Shown piece by piece: positions 7,607 to 15,795 of a stretch of 49,292 bases of DNA. Source of the stretch: a virus. Taxonomy: Duplodnaviria; Heunggongvirae; Uroviricota; Caudoviricetes. Under the pieces are notes generated by a model. The model was given only the letters and a program-made list of their open reading frames with translations. It had not been told where the DNA came from and did not search any database. The stretch lies in IMG/VR virus record IMGVR_UViG_3300029288_004479. One strand, given 5' to 3'. Made by a program: the position numbers and the translations under genes. Numbering within the stretch: the stretch's first letter is position 1; each line of letters starts with the position of its first letter.

Positions 7607-8534
7607 TTTTAGTTCCTCTGATTATCGGTTGAAATACACCTTTATCAACTCTCATAAATAAATATGCGATTACAAAATATTCAACAATAACTAATCCATA
7701 CCAGAACGTTACTGCGAGTATATCTGTTTGTGAGTACGGGAATATATTTTGTATGAGCACATCTATTCTAATGTGTTGTATAATCAGCATGTGTGTTATA
7801 AATATATAAAATGTTAAGTCAGATATCTTATATATTGTCGGATACTGTTTTGTAGTTGAAGGATACCAGATTTTTTGGACGATAAGTATCCCCAATGCGA
7901 ACTCAAAAAGGTTACAAAGAGGGAATATACGATATCCCAACACCCAATCATCAACGTAATATTGAAGGTAATATCGGGAAATCCATGATAAACCTGCAAA
8001 AAGTATGATATATAAATATGGATTTTTCTTAAGTGCAGATGAAATAAAAGGATATAAAAAATATAGTGACACTATCGTTCCAATAAACCATCCCATTTGA
8101 TTTAACCATTGGAGTCCAAGTCCGAAAAACGGATAAAATCCAGTAAATTCAATAGCCATACCTAAAAACGATTCATTATAAATTTCGATGAATGAAGGGA
8201 GGATCGCCAGAACCATCTCAAAACCGAGTATAAGACTCAACCAATATGTGGGATATAAACGAGCGCAACGCCGATAAATAAACTTAATATATTCTTTGAT
8301 AGTATTTATTTTACCCGTGTAATTTAGTTCAAGAACAGCACCACTAACTAAGATAAGTCCATATACAGCCAACAATGCAAACGATTCTGGATATACAAAG
8401 AAGATATACCCCTCTTGATATAATGGGCTTACAAAGTCTTTAATTATTGATAGTTCATAATGGAAAAAAACAATTGCACAAATAAACACGATTCTCAAAA
8501 TATCAAAAAATACCACTCTGGTTTTTTCAGTCAT
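7596..8534 (-). CDS. Acyltransferase-3 family (OafA-like) membrane O-acyltransferase
   Basis: FFDILRI.....IVFFH, GLILVSGAVL, RRCARLYPTYW, WFIGTIVSLYFLYP. Confidence 0.85.
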   Translation of the reverse strand: MTEKTRVVFFDILRIVFICAIVFFHYELSIIKDFVSPLYQEGYIFFVYPESFALLAVYGLILVSGAVLELNYTGKINTIKEYIKFIYRRCARLYPTYWLSLILGFEMVLAILPSFIEIYNESFLGMAIEFTGFYPFFGLGLQWLNQMGWFIGTIVSLYFLYPFISSALKKNPYLYIILFAGLSWISRYYLQYYVDDWVLGYRIFPLCNLFEFALGILIVQKIWYPSTTKQYPTIYKISDLTFYIFITHMLIIQHIRIDVLIQNIFPYSQTDILAVTFWYGLVIVEYFVIAYLFMRVDKGVFQPIIRGTKNVT

Positions 8535-9486
8535 GTTGTTTTACCCACAATTTACGGATTTTTCTCTCTAAAGTATACAAAACGACAGACAAAAGACAAA
8601 CTACACCAACATAAACTATAATATTTATACAAAATGTTTGAGGTAATTTAGCGAGCATCCACACTACAATATAATGGGACAAATAGACAGGGAATGCAAA
8701 TTCCCCCATTGTCATGATCCAGTTTGGTGATGGTTTTGTTGGGTATAAACCATGTCTTGCTATATAGATCCCAAGTGCAAATAAAAATAATCTTGAGAAT
8801 GGAGACCAATACCACACATTACTACCGTCATATGCAAAAGTAAAATCATTCAAGCATATTGACAAAAACGCAAATAATAAAAGTCCCAATAAACCATAAT
8901 TAGATAAGAGTTTCGATACAAAGGGGTACATTAGATATAATAACATAATTGTTCCCACAAACCACGATGGAGACATAATACTGCCTCCAAAAACAGTGGA
9001 TTGTACGACGTGTGGGAAACATAAATGTAAGAAGGGGTATAATCCAGTGGCTTGTGCAATAAACTCAACTAAATTAAACGGATCTGCATATATATTTATA
9101 ATTGCACCTAAAACCAGCGCCATCCAAAACATAGGATATATCTTCAGAAATCTGTTTTTAACAAACGTAAAATATTTCCGAACATCAAATTGGATTCTAC
9201 CATAATTATATTCGAGAACAGCCCCGCTTATAAAAATAAATATAATAACTCCAATTGCACCGGGATTATAAGAAAATCCAAAAATACCTGTAGTTATGAG
9301 TGTAAAAACAAATATAATCGTATCTACAACACCAATGGGGTTAAAAGAAACTTCAAAAATATTAAACGGTTCGTTTGAAAGAAGAGGAATGTTTAAGGCA
9401 ATTGGTAATGCCATATGGTATATTAAGACCAACGAAATAGCTAGAATTCGAAGCGCATCAAAAAATAAAAGTATGGGCTTTGTCAT
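8527..9486 (-). CDS. Acyltransferase-3 family membrane O-acyltransferase (paralog)
   Basis: FFDALRILAISLVLIYH, FIFISGAVL, NRFLKIYPMFW, WFVGTIMLLYLMYP. Confidence 0.85.
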   Translation of the reverse strand: MTKPILLFFDALRILAISLVLIYHMALPIALNIPLLSNEPFNIFEVSFNPIGVVDTIIFVFTLITTGIFGFSYNPGAIGVIIFIFISGAVLEYNYGRIQFDVRKYFTFVKNRFLKIYPMFWMALVLGAIINIYADPFNLVEFIAQATGLYPFLHLCFPHVVQSTVFGGSIMSPSWFVGTIMLLYLMYPFVSKLLSNYGLLGLLLFAFLSICLNDFTFAYDGSNVWYWSPFSRLFLFALGIYIARHGLYPTKPSPNWIMTMGEFAFPVYLSHYIVVWMLAKLPQTFCINIIVYVGVVCLLSVVLYTLERKIRKLWVKQHD

Positions 9487-10964
9487 GTTTTCCTCTCATA
9501 GATATTCCACCACCATCGTATATCTAATTGGTTCTTTTCATCAAATGTGTATATCATTGCGTATTCATTCTTTATTTTCGTTGAAATTTCTTTTAGTGGT
9601 GGTGCACTAAAATTAAAAAAATTTCTATTTACCAGAATATATTTACCAGTATATGCGAGTGTACAATTCCTATTTTCCCAATATTCTTTAGAAAAAGTTA
9701 TATTTTGAGTGAGCGAGTTTCTTTCATATGGTACTGAACCCACATATCTACATGCAGACGGCGTTGGGAAATAGTAAGATAAACTACCATCGTCCAGATA
9801 TAAAGTGGTTGGCTGACTCAATATATCAGTATTCTCTGTAATATTATCCACTAAGATTTGACGTTCATCAGCAGTTTTGTATTCTGAAAAAGCCATCACT
9901 AAAGACCCCCCAGAAATTATTGTAACATTTAATATGATTACAGTGACAACAATTAATATAAACACAGATTGATGATGGTCATATAATTTTAAAAAGTAAC
10001 ATAGGGTAAATATTGCTGGAATTACCATTAAATAATAGTGGATATAAAAAAACTGTGCAATATACATTACATATGCTGATGATATACCCCACATTAACAA
10101 CAACAACCCAATATTTCGCATTTGTTCTTTTACTACCACCGATAATAACAACAGTAGTGAACACGCCCCAAAAACAATTATCGGGGCCATCCCTATCATA
10201 CTTATACCGTGATACCAAAAGTTAAAAACAATCTGAAGGATATCTTGTGTAATGGCGGGGTTTAATACCCTACTTAAAAATATATCAGATATAAAATGTG
10301 GGAAATACCACATCAATATAAATATTGATATCACAACAATCGGTAAACTTAATATCGCTCGTTTAAATCGTTCCCAATAGTCATTAGTTAACATCATTGT
10401 AGATAACATTATAATTAATACCAATAACACAGGTAATCCTTTTAATGTTAATAGAGGTACAACCAGTAATCCCGATGCGATTTGTATCCATTTATGATCA
10501 TCTAATAACATTGCGAACATCAACATACTAATAATAACCGATGTCGCCTCCCCACTAAATATAATATAATTATTGACTGCAAACAATCCAAGAAACCCAA
10601 TAATAAATGGATATTCAAATCGTATTTGTAATCTAGTTGAGAGTTGTTTCGAGAAATAGTAGAGGATTACTATTGTTATGATAGATACAATCAATTTCAC
10701 AAAGATCGAATATGCCCATCCATGAAATGGTGTGGCTATCAGATTTAAAAGATAATATAAAAATCTATGCCCAATCAACTTAACTTCCCAAACAGAATCT
10801 AACGTCATTGGGAACCCATTTGTTAATGCAGTTACTTTGGCCGCGCCGAAATAGATCATTACGTCACCGGAGAAAGGTTCCAAAATATACAATATCAATA
10901 CAATCGGTGAAATAAGAAAGTACAAACACTTTAAAAATAAAGAATAAACAAGATTATTGTTCAT
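9483..10964 (-). CDS. Polytopic membrane protein, probable GT-C glycosyltransferase
   Basis: D..IY.G.AK and DSVWEVKLIG (resembles the WDxKPP loop of ArnT-like GT-Cs), many TMs and a C-terminal external domain. Paralog of 10973-12442. Confidence 0.6.
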   Translation of the reverse strand: MNNNLVYSLFLKCLYFLISPIVLILYILEPFSGDVMIYFGAAKVTALTNGFPMTLDSVWEVKLIGHRFLYYLLNLIATPFHGWAYSIFVKLIVSIITIVILYYFSKQLSTRLQIRFEYPFIIGFLGLFAVNNYIIFSGEATSVIISMLMFAMLLDDHKWIQIASGLLVVPLLTLKGLPVLLVLIIMLSTMMLTNDYWERFKRAILSLPIVVISIFILMWYFPHFISDIFLSRVLNPAITQDILQIVFNFWYHGISMIGMAPIIVFGACSLLLLLSVVVKEQMRNIGLLLLMWGISSAYVMYIAQFFYIHYYLMVIPAIFTLCYFLKLYDHHQSVFILIVVTVIILNVTIISGGSLVMAFSEYKTADERQILVDNITENTDILSQPTTLYLDDGSLSYYFPTPSACRYVGSVPYERNSLTQNITFSKEYWENRNCTLAYTGKYILVNRNFFNFSAPPLKEISTKIKNEYAMIYTFDEKNQLDIRWWWNIYERKT

Positions 10965-10972
10965 AATGTAAT

Positions 10973-12442
10973 TTATCTCCTCTCATAAATATCAAATATA
11001 TCATCATCCCACACTTTATAATATCCGGTCTCAAGTTTCTGTTTAACGGCAACATGCGTGGGTAGTGTATAGTTCTGCCATGATAGGTCATCAGAAATAA
11101 TATATTTACCTGTGTAATTTAATGTGCAATTAAGATTTTCCCAGTATTCAGGATATTTAGTCATGTTCCATTCAGGAGTATTCCGTTGTAATGGAAGTGG
11201 TAATACATACCTACAAGCAGACGGCGAATTGAAATAATAAGATGGTTCACCAGCGCTAAGATATAGTGTAGAGGGCTCGTTTGAAATATTGAATTTAAGA
11301 TCAACCTCTTTAGCAGCGGAATCAATGGAATTCCAATGTGCATATCCTTTATATCCCATCCCAAATGACCATCCGGCAACAAACACGGATAAACATAACA
11401 ATACTGCAACAATGATTATCCAGAAGACGCGCGTTTGGTTTGACAACACTTTCAATGCATAACAGCAGGTAATTATTGCAGGAACAACCATTGGAAAATA
11501 ATGGTAGTAAAAAAATTCTCCTTGGATAAATACCATTAAAATCGGAGGGAACCAAGACAATAAAATTAATAGGATATCTTTCAGTTGCGAATTGTCTACC
11601 TTAAGTATAATAAATGGTAATAACAAGAACCCAATTACAATCAGAGGTGAAAATGCAATTAACCCCATACTATACTCAAAGAAATATTCGAGTAATTTAT
11701 CCATACCTACCATTCCAATATGTGCAATCCCCGCTGAAAGGAACATATCTGATATGGAATGTGGGAATAGAAACCTTACAGAAATAAAATAAATTGCACT
11801 GGCAATTGCAAAACCGATTACGCACCAGATAAGTCTCTGTTTTATTTGTGCGATATCAACCCGATTGCCCCAAAAATTAATGAGAATCCACAGAGGTAAA
11901 ACGCTCAAGATAATAAACAGCGTAATTCCTTTTATTAAAATTAGGGGAATAATTAAAAACCCGGCAATTATCCACAACCCTTTTTTATCCTCTACCATTA
12001 GCGTTAATATAAGCAATCCCAGTATTGCAGCAAAGTACTCGCACTCCAACGCGACAAAATTACCTACGGCAAAGAATCCGAGAAAACCCATAATAAATGG
12101 ATATGTTAAGGGAATATGCACCTTTTCAGCAACCCTTTTAGAGAAATAGAATAAAATCACCAATACGAAAATGGATACTAATATTTTTAACCAGATCTGA
12201 TAAGTCCATCCAGAGAAGGGGTCTAATACATTCAAGATATAAAAGATTGCGCGGTTCCCAATGGGTTTTATCTCCCAAACCGTGTCAAGGTTCAGGGGGA
12301 ATGACCCGGACAATCGAGCTAATTTCTCCACACCAAGGTATATTCTAACATCAGAACCAAGCGGTTCAAGTAAGAATGATATTAGTATAAAAGGACAAAC
12401 TAATATGTATACTATATATTGTAAATATCTATTTATCAACAT
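10973..12442 (-). CDS. Polytopic membrane protein, probable GT-C glycosyltransferase
   Basis: DVRIYLG, DTVWEIKPIGNR, FYYHYFP, and a C-terminal PS.YYF..PSACRY shared with its paralog. Confidence 0.62.
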   Translation of the reverse strand: MLINRYLQYIVYILVCPFILISFLLEPLGSDVRIYLGVEKLARLSGSFPLNLDTVWEIKPIGNRAIFYILNVLDPFSGWTYQIWLKILVSIFVLVILFYFSKRVAEKVHIPLTYPFIMGFLGFFAVGNFVALECEYFAAILGLLILTLMVEDKKGLWIIAGFLIIPLILIKGITLFIILSVLPLWILINFWGNRVDIAQIKQRLIWCVIGFAIASAIYFISVRFLFPHSISDMFLSAGIAHIGMVGMDKLLEYFFEYSMGLIAFSPLIVIGFLLLPFIILKVDNSQLKDILLILLSWFPPILMVFIQGEFFYYHYFPMVVPAIITCCYALKVLSNQTRVFWIIIVAVLLCLSVFVAGWSFGMGYKGYAHWNSIDSAAKEVDLKFNISNEPSTLYLSAGEPSYYFNSPSACRYVLPLPLQRNTPEWNMTKYPEYWENLNCTLNYTGKYIISDDLSWQNYTLPTHVAVKQKLETGYYKVWDDDIFDIYERR

Positions 12443-12465
12443 TCACAGTTTTATCGATTTGTGTA

Positions 12466-12480
12466 TTAATAAAGGTTATC
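12466..12480 (-). promoter_or_regulatory. BRE-TATA (GATAACC-TTTATTAA on the minus strand) driving the glycosylation operon, probably leaderless
   Basis: TATA box ~24 nt upstream of the ATG at 12442. Confidence 0.6.
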
Positions 12481-12529
12481 CCAAAGATTTATGGTCTATT
12501 AACAAAAATCGCGTTTTCACACAGAAACG

Positions 12530-12576
12530 TTTATATATGTGTGTGCTGTTTATAACTATTGTAGGTTTGGAGGAGG
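12530..12576 (+). promoter_or_regulatory. Strong promoter TTTATATA-N17-ACTATT plus SD GGAGGAGG (12569-12576)
   Basis: Consensus TATA box, window-wide ACTATT motif and an extended SD. Confidence 0.75.
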
Positions 12577-12590
12577 TTTCACAGAAACAC

Positions 12591-12905
12591 ATGCCAGTAG
12601 ATGCAACAGCAATCATCGGACTTCTGGTCGGATTTTTAGTCGTCGGCGTAATCGGTAAGTCTCGTAACGGGCTTAAAAAGAGAAAAGAAGCCTATTTGAG
12701 TCCCGGAATTTACGTGGGCGACCAAATGGTGCAGGCAGCTAACCTGTCCTCAGAAAACACACTGTACAGCTCACAACAGAGCATTATCGCGACGTTCCAG
12801 CTCGGTGTCACGTTATGTAAGATCATAGTTATCGTCTCTATCGCCAGTATCGTCTTCGTATTGCTCCAGAAAACCGGACTTATTCCGCGCTTCGGAGAGC
12901 AGTAA
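12591..12905 (+). CDS. Probable major capsid/coat protein (two hydrophobic helices); 104 aa unspliced, 87 aa after removing the predicted intron
   Basis: Strong promoter and SD, marked C-ending codon bias unlike the rest of the window, and a 3' hairpin. The helix-loop-helix hydrophobic layout resembles spindle-shaped archaeal virus coat proteins (inference). Confidence 0.68.
   Translation: MPVDATAIIGLLVGFLVVGVIGKSRNGLKKRKEAYLSPGIYVGDQMVQAANLSSENTLYSSQQSIIATFQLGVTLCKIIVIVSIASIVFVLLQKTGLIPRFGEQ
12658..12708 (+). other. Predicted 51-nt bulge-helix-bulge (tRNA-type) intron within the coat-protein mRNA
   Basis: Outer helix CGTAA(12647-51)/TTACG(12710-14); central 4 bp TCGG(12652-55)/CCGG(12703-06); 3-nt bulges TAA(12656-58) and AAT(12707-09); inner stems G-CTCG/TGAG-C and GGGCTT/AAGCCT. 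The splice is in frame and gives VIG-I-YVG. Confidence 0.85.
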
Positions 12906-12925
12906 GACTTACTCTGATGATAAGA

Positions 12926-12971
12926 GGGGGTGGTTCGTAAGAACCCCCCAATAAATTTTAAACCGTTTTTT
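12926..12971 (+). terminator. GC-rich 3' hairpin with GTAA tetraloop, followed by T tracts
   Basis: GGGG-T-GGTTC/GAACC-CCCC stem (12927-12949); TTTTTT at ~12966-12971. Confidence 0.65.
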
Positions 12972-13026
12972 AAACACTTACTAAAAATATATATCTGTAC
13001 TAAACATAATCTATTATGATTAATTA

Positions 13027-13866
13027 ATGTCAGTTATTACAGAATGCGCTTATTGCGGGGGAACTCTCTCAATAAAAAAATGTAAATATACACGCACCAC
13101 TCATCATTTTTGCAATAGAGACCATTATGGGAAATGGAGAAGTCAACACCAAATTGGAGAAAATAATCCCAATTATAAAGAAAAAATAAAACGCGTTTGT
13201 AAAAACTGTAATGTACAGTATGAATCATTTCCAAGTAACGTTCGTAATAAACAAGGATTTTGCTCATTAAAGTGCTATCATGAATGGAGGAGAAAACAAG
13301 CTAAACTGTGTGTTATAAAGTGTGTAGTTTGCGGGAAAGAAAAACAATCAAAACCAAGCAGATTAAAACGCGGAATAGATAAATGTTGCAGCAAACGATG
13401 TGAAAGTATATTAAAATCCCAAACACGACTTAGAGAAAATAACCCCAATTGGAAGAATGGCGCATCTCAAGAAACCTATTGCCCGAAATTCAACAGGCCG
13501 TTTAGGGAAGGCGTTAGGGAATTTTGGGGGCATATGTGTGGGTTGTGCGAAAAGAGACAAGAAGATAATATAATTATAAGAAGAGGCGAACCATTAGTAG
13601 CAAAACTGTCTGTCCACCACGTGAATTATAATAAAAGTGCCTGTTGTGATGGTCAGGAAACACATTGGATGTTTGCCCCAGTCTGTCACGAATGTCACGG
13701 AAAAACAAACGGGAAGAGGGACGATTGGAAAAAGATCTTATCGGATAAAATAATTAAAGAATATCAGGGGAAATCATATCTCACAGAAACAGAATATAAA
13801 CAATACTTTGCAAAGAAAAAACTGAACCCGGAATATACAATATTTGATCTGTTAACCACACAATAA
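13027..13866 (+). CDS. HNH endonuclease with N-terminal Zn-finger repeats (homing-endonuclease-like)
   Basis: Three CxxC...FCxxxC/H-like repeats, then CGLC...LSVHHVNYNK...FAPVCHECHGKTN. Confidence 0.85.
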   Translation: MSVITECAYCGGTLSIKKCKYTRTTHHFCNRDHYGKWRSQHQIGENNPNYKEKIKRVCKNCNVQYESFPSNVRNKQGFCSLKCYHEWRRKQAKLCVIKCVVCGKEKQSKPSRLKRGIDKCCSKRCESILKSQTRLRENNPNWKNGASQETYCPKFNRPFREGVREFWGHMCGLCEKRQEDNIIIRRGEPLVAKLSVHHVNYNKSACCDGQETHWMFAPVCHECHGKTNGKRDDWKKILSDKIIKEYQGKSYLTETEYKQYFAKKKLNPEYTIFDLLTTQ

Positions 13867-13954
13867 TTTTTTAACAACCAAAATGCGTGTAAATATATAG
13901 ATCTCTCTTTTTAATGCACAAAACCCGATAAAATTGTGCATATACAGGAAAATA

Positions 13955-14001
13955 CTTAAATACTGCTACTACTATTAACACTATTGTAGGTTTGGAGGAG
14001 G
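13955..14001 (+). promoter_or_regulatory. Promoter CTTAAATA-N17-ACTATT plus a leader identical to the coat-gene leader
   Basis: ACTATTGTAGGTTTGGAGGAGGT is identical at 12555 and 13980. Confidence 0.7.
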
Positions 14002-14197
14002 TCAACAAAGACAATGCCAGTAGATGCCAGAGCACAGTATAATCAAGGACAGGTCACGTTGTATAAAGTAGATGTACTAAGTAGCGTCTACTTGTGCATA
14101 CAATCCAGCCTACACTAGATTCGTGCAAAGCATCCAAAAAAACGCAACTTGGTATATAGTATCAAGTTGTGGCATAGTCTTTTTTCGATACTCCTAC
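13985..14197 (+). ncRNA. Candidate structured ncRNA (~210 nt) mimicking the coat-gene 5' end; contains a 34-codon ORF (14014-14118)
   Basis: Stems: AAAGAC-ATGCCA/TGGCAT-GTCTTT, GATGC/GCATC, GCAC/GTGC, TTGTAT/ATACAA, AAGTAGATG/CGTCTACTT, GCAACTTGGTAT/GTATCAAGTTGT and AGGAG/CTCCT. Confidence 0.55.
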
Positions 14198-14254
14198 TAT
14201 AATGAACAAACGGGGAGAAAAATACCAACAAACAGGTGAGGTGCATATTCGATT

Positions 14255-14947
14255 ATGGCAGATGACAGTATAACGGCGAGGATAAAAAATCTCCTCCCCT
14301 CAAAAAGAACAAATGAAAAACAACAATATGAACCAAAAGTTCCACAATTACCTGATTATGCAGAACCAGTGACGGTAAATGACGGTCTTTTTGAAGACGA
14401 TCCAATAGGTGGGGAAGGGCCGTTTCCAAAAATCGAAGACAAATCTGGTAATGTAATTGATCAATCGCTCATGCGTCAACCGTCGTATGAGGAGAACCAG
14501 ATTCAGTTGATGAACGATATAGCTTCGGATGAAAGTCTGGGAGTATTAACATATTACATCCAAAACTTATCACAACTGGGTAACAAAGCACAAGCTCGGT
14601 TAGTAACAAGAGCAACAGCATTCCAGAGTAAAAACCAAGTCTTCTCAAACATCGAAAATCAACGCGATTATTTAATGGCGCAAGATGATTTTGAATATGC
14701 CAAAATATTAAGCAAAGCTGATTTTACCTCGTTTGATATGAACGCGGATTATTATGTTGCAGAAGCAATCATGGAAGCTCAGTTTAATATCAGGTTACGC
14801 CGTTCAAAGCGTGCACTTAACTTATTGCAATTGAATACACAGAGAAGCGAATCCGGGCCAACTGGCGGTTATCACCAGCAACAAGAGAAACAAGGTATCT
14901 TACAAAAACTATCATTTTTAGGTGGTAACAGAGGCGGAGGATACTAA
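14255..14947 (+). CDS. Hypothetical protein, 230 aa
   Basis: RBS AGGTGAGG; long ORF with window-typical codon use. Confidence 0.8.
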   Translation: MADDSITARIKNLLPSKRTNEKQQYEPKVPQLPDYAEPVTVNDGLFEDDPIGGEGPFPKIEDKSGNVIDQSLMRQPSYEENQIQLMNDIASDESLGVLTYYIQNLSQLGNKAQARLVTRATAFQSKNQVFSNIENQRDYLMAQDDFEYAKILSKADFTSFDMNADYYVAEAIMEAQFNIRLRRSKRALNLLQLNTQRSESGPTGGYHQQQEKQGILQKLSFLGGNRGGGY

Positions 14948-14951
14948 TAAC

Positions 14952-15794
14952 ATGGCGGTTTTAGGCGGAACAACCTCATTACCAACTTTCGCATTATATG
15001 CATTAGGCGGGTACGCACTTATTGCATCAATAGTAGCATTTCAGTTCATAATGGCGATGAGAAATACGCCATTAATGAAAGCTATAAATGAAGCACTAAA
15101 TGGAGAAAAACATCTTGTATTTGTGCATTACGCATCGGGACAAGCGAAAGTAGTTGTACCAAGATATGTAGAACCAATAGAGACTGATGGAAAGGTTTCC
15201 CCCTATTGGATTATCGACGGCACATACCGGTTTAAGGATGCAACCGGTGAGAAATGGGAATCAATAGGATCATTAAAAGTATTACACTATTCAGCAAGAA
15301 CAACGCAAGCGATGAGTGTAGATCAAGCAATAGCTATTGACCAGTTTAATGATATCCTTGCAAGTCACGGGTATTCAACAAAAGGCTTCCTTAAAGAAGT
15401 ATTCTATATGCTCGGGGAATCCGCAAAAGGAGAGGAATCTGAACGAGCCGCTTGGCAGAGATTAGCCAATGGAAATACAAGCGAACACACCCTTAACAAG
15501 ATCAACGAGGTATTACAGTTCGTTAAAAAACATCCGGAAGTAAAATATGTAATGTTAAAAACCGGTGCATTTACTTATAAAACATCAGTATCAGTAGTTG
15601 ATCAGTTAATCGGTCAGGGAGTAACAAATTTATCTCATACAATATCGTTTGTTGAAGACAGGACTCGAAGAAGATTACAAGATAGATTTGAAAACATGAT
15701 GAAATATGCAATGTTAGCAATTATGATCATGATACCGGCAGCGATTGCAGGAGTAATCTTCTTAGTAGGTACAGGAATGGTGAAAATGGGATGA
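14952..15794 (+). CDS. Membrane protein with N- and C-terminal TMs (280 aa); start moved to ATG 14952
   Basis: Hydrophobic ends flanking a soluble domain; GGAGG upstream. Confidence 0.8.
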   Translation: MAVLGGTTSLPTFALYALGGYALIASIVAFQFIMAMRNTPLMKAINEALNGEKHLVFVHYASGQAKVVVPRYVEPIETDGKVSPYWIIDGTYRFKDATGEKWESIGSLKVLHYSARTTQAMSVDQAIAIDQFNDILASHGYSTKGFLKEVFYMLGESAKGEESERAAWQRLANGNTSEHTLNKINEVLQFVKKHPEVKYVMLKTGAFTYKTSVSVVDQLIGQGVTNLSHTISFVEDRTRRRLQDRFENMMKYAMLAIMIMIPAAIAGVIFLVGTGMVKMG

Positions 15795-15795
15795 T
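15690..15795 (+). repeat. ~105-bp direct repeat, copy 1 (encodes MKYAMLA.MIMIPAAIAGVIFLVGTG.VK.G plus the next ATG)
   Basis: Near-identical to 16036-16141. Confidence 0.9.

Noticed and set aside
12261-12590. N-terminal extension of the 214-aa ORF in the track
   Set aside because: It overlaps the minus-strand GT gene and both promoters. The SD and the codon bias start at ATG 12591.
12655-12700. Spliceosomal-looking GTAAGT...AG intron in the coat gene
   Set aside because: It would be 46 nt and shift the frame, and the context is archaeal. The BHB reading gives an exact in-frame product.
12913-12960. Hammerhead ribozyme or C/D-box sRNA suggested by CTGATGA
   Set aside because: There is no GAAA after the following stem and no properly placed D box.
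14014-14182. Second BHB intron in the leader-mimic region
   Set aside because: Registers tried by hand gave bulges of the wrong size or mostly G-U central helices, and no splice restored a coat-like frame. A computational BHB scan of the whole window is still needed.
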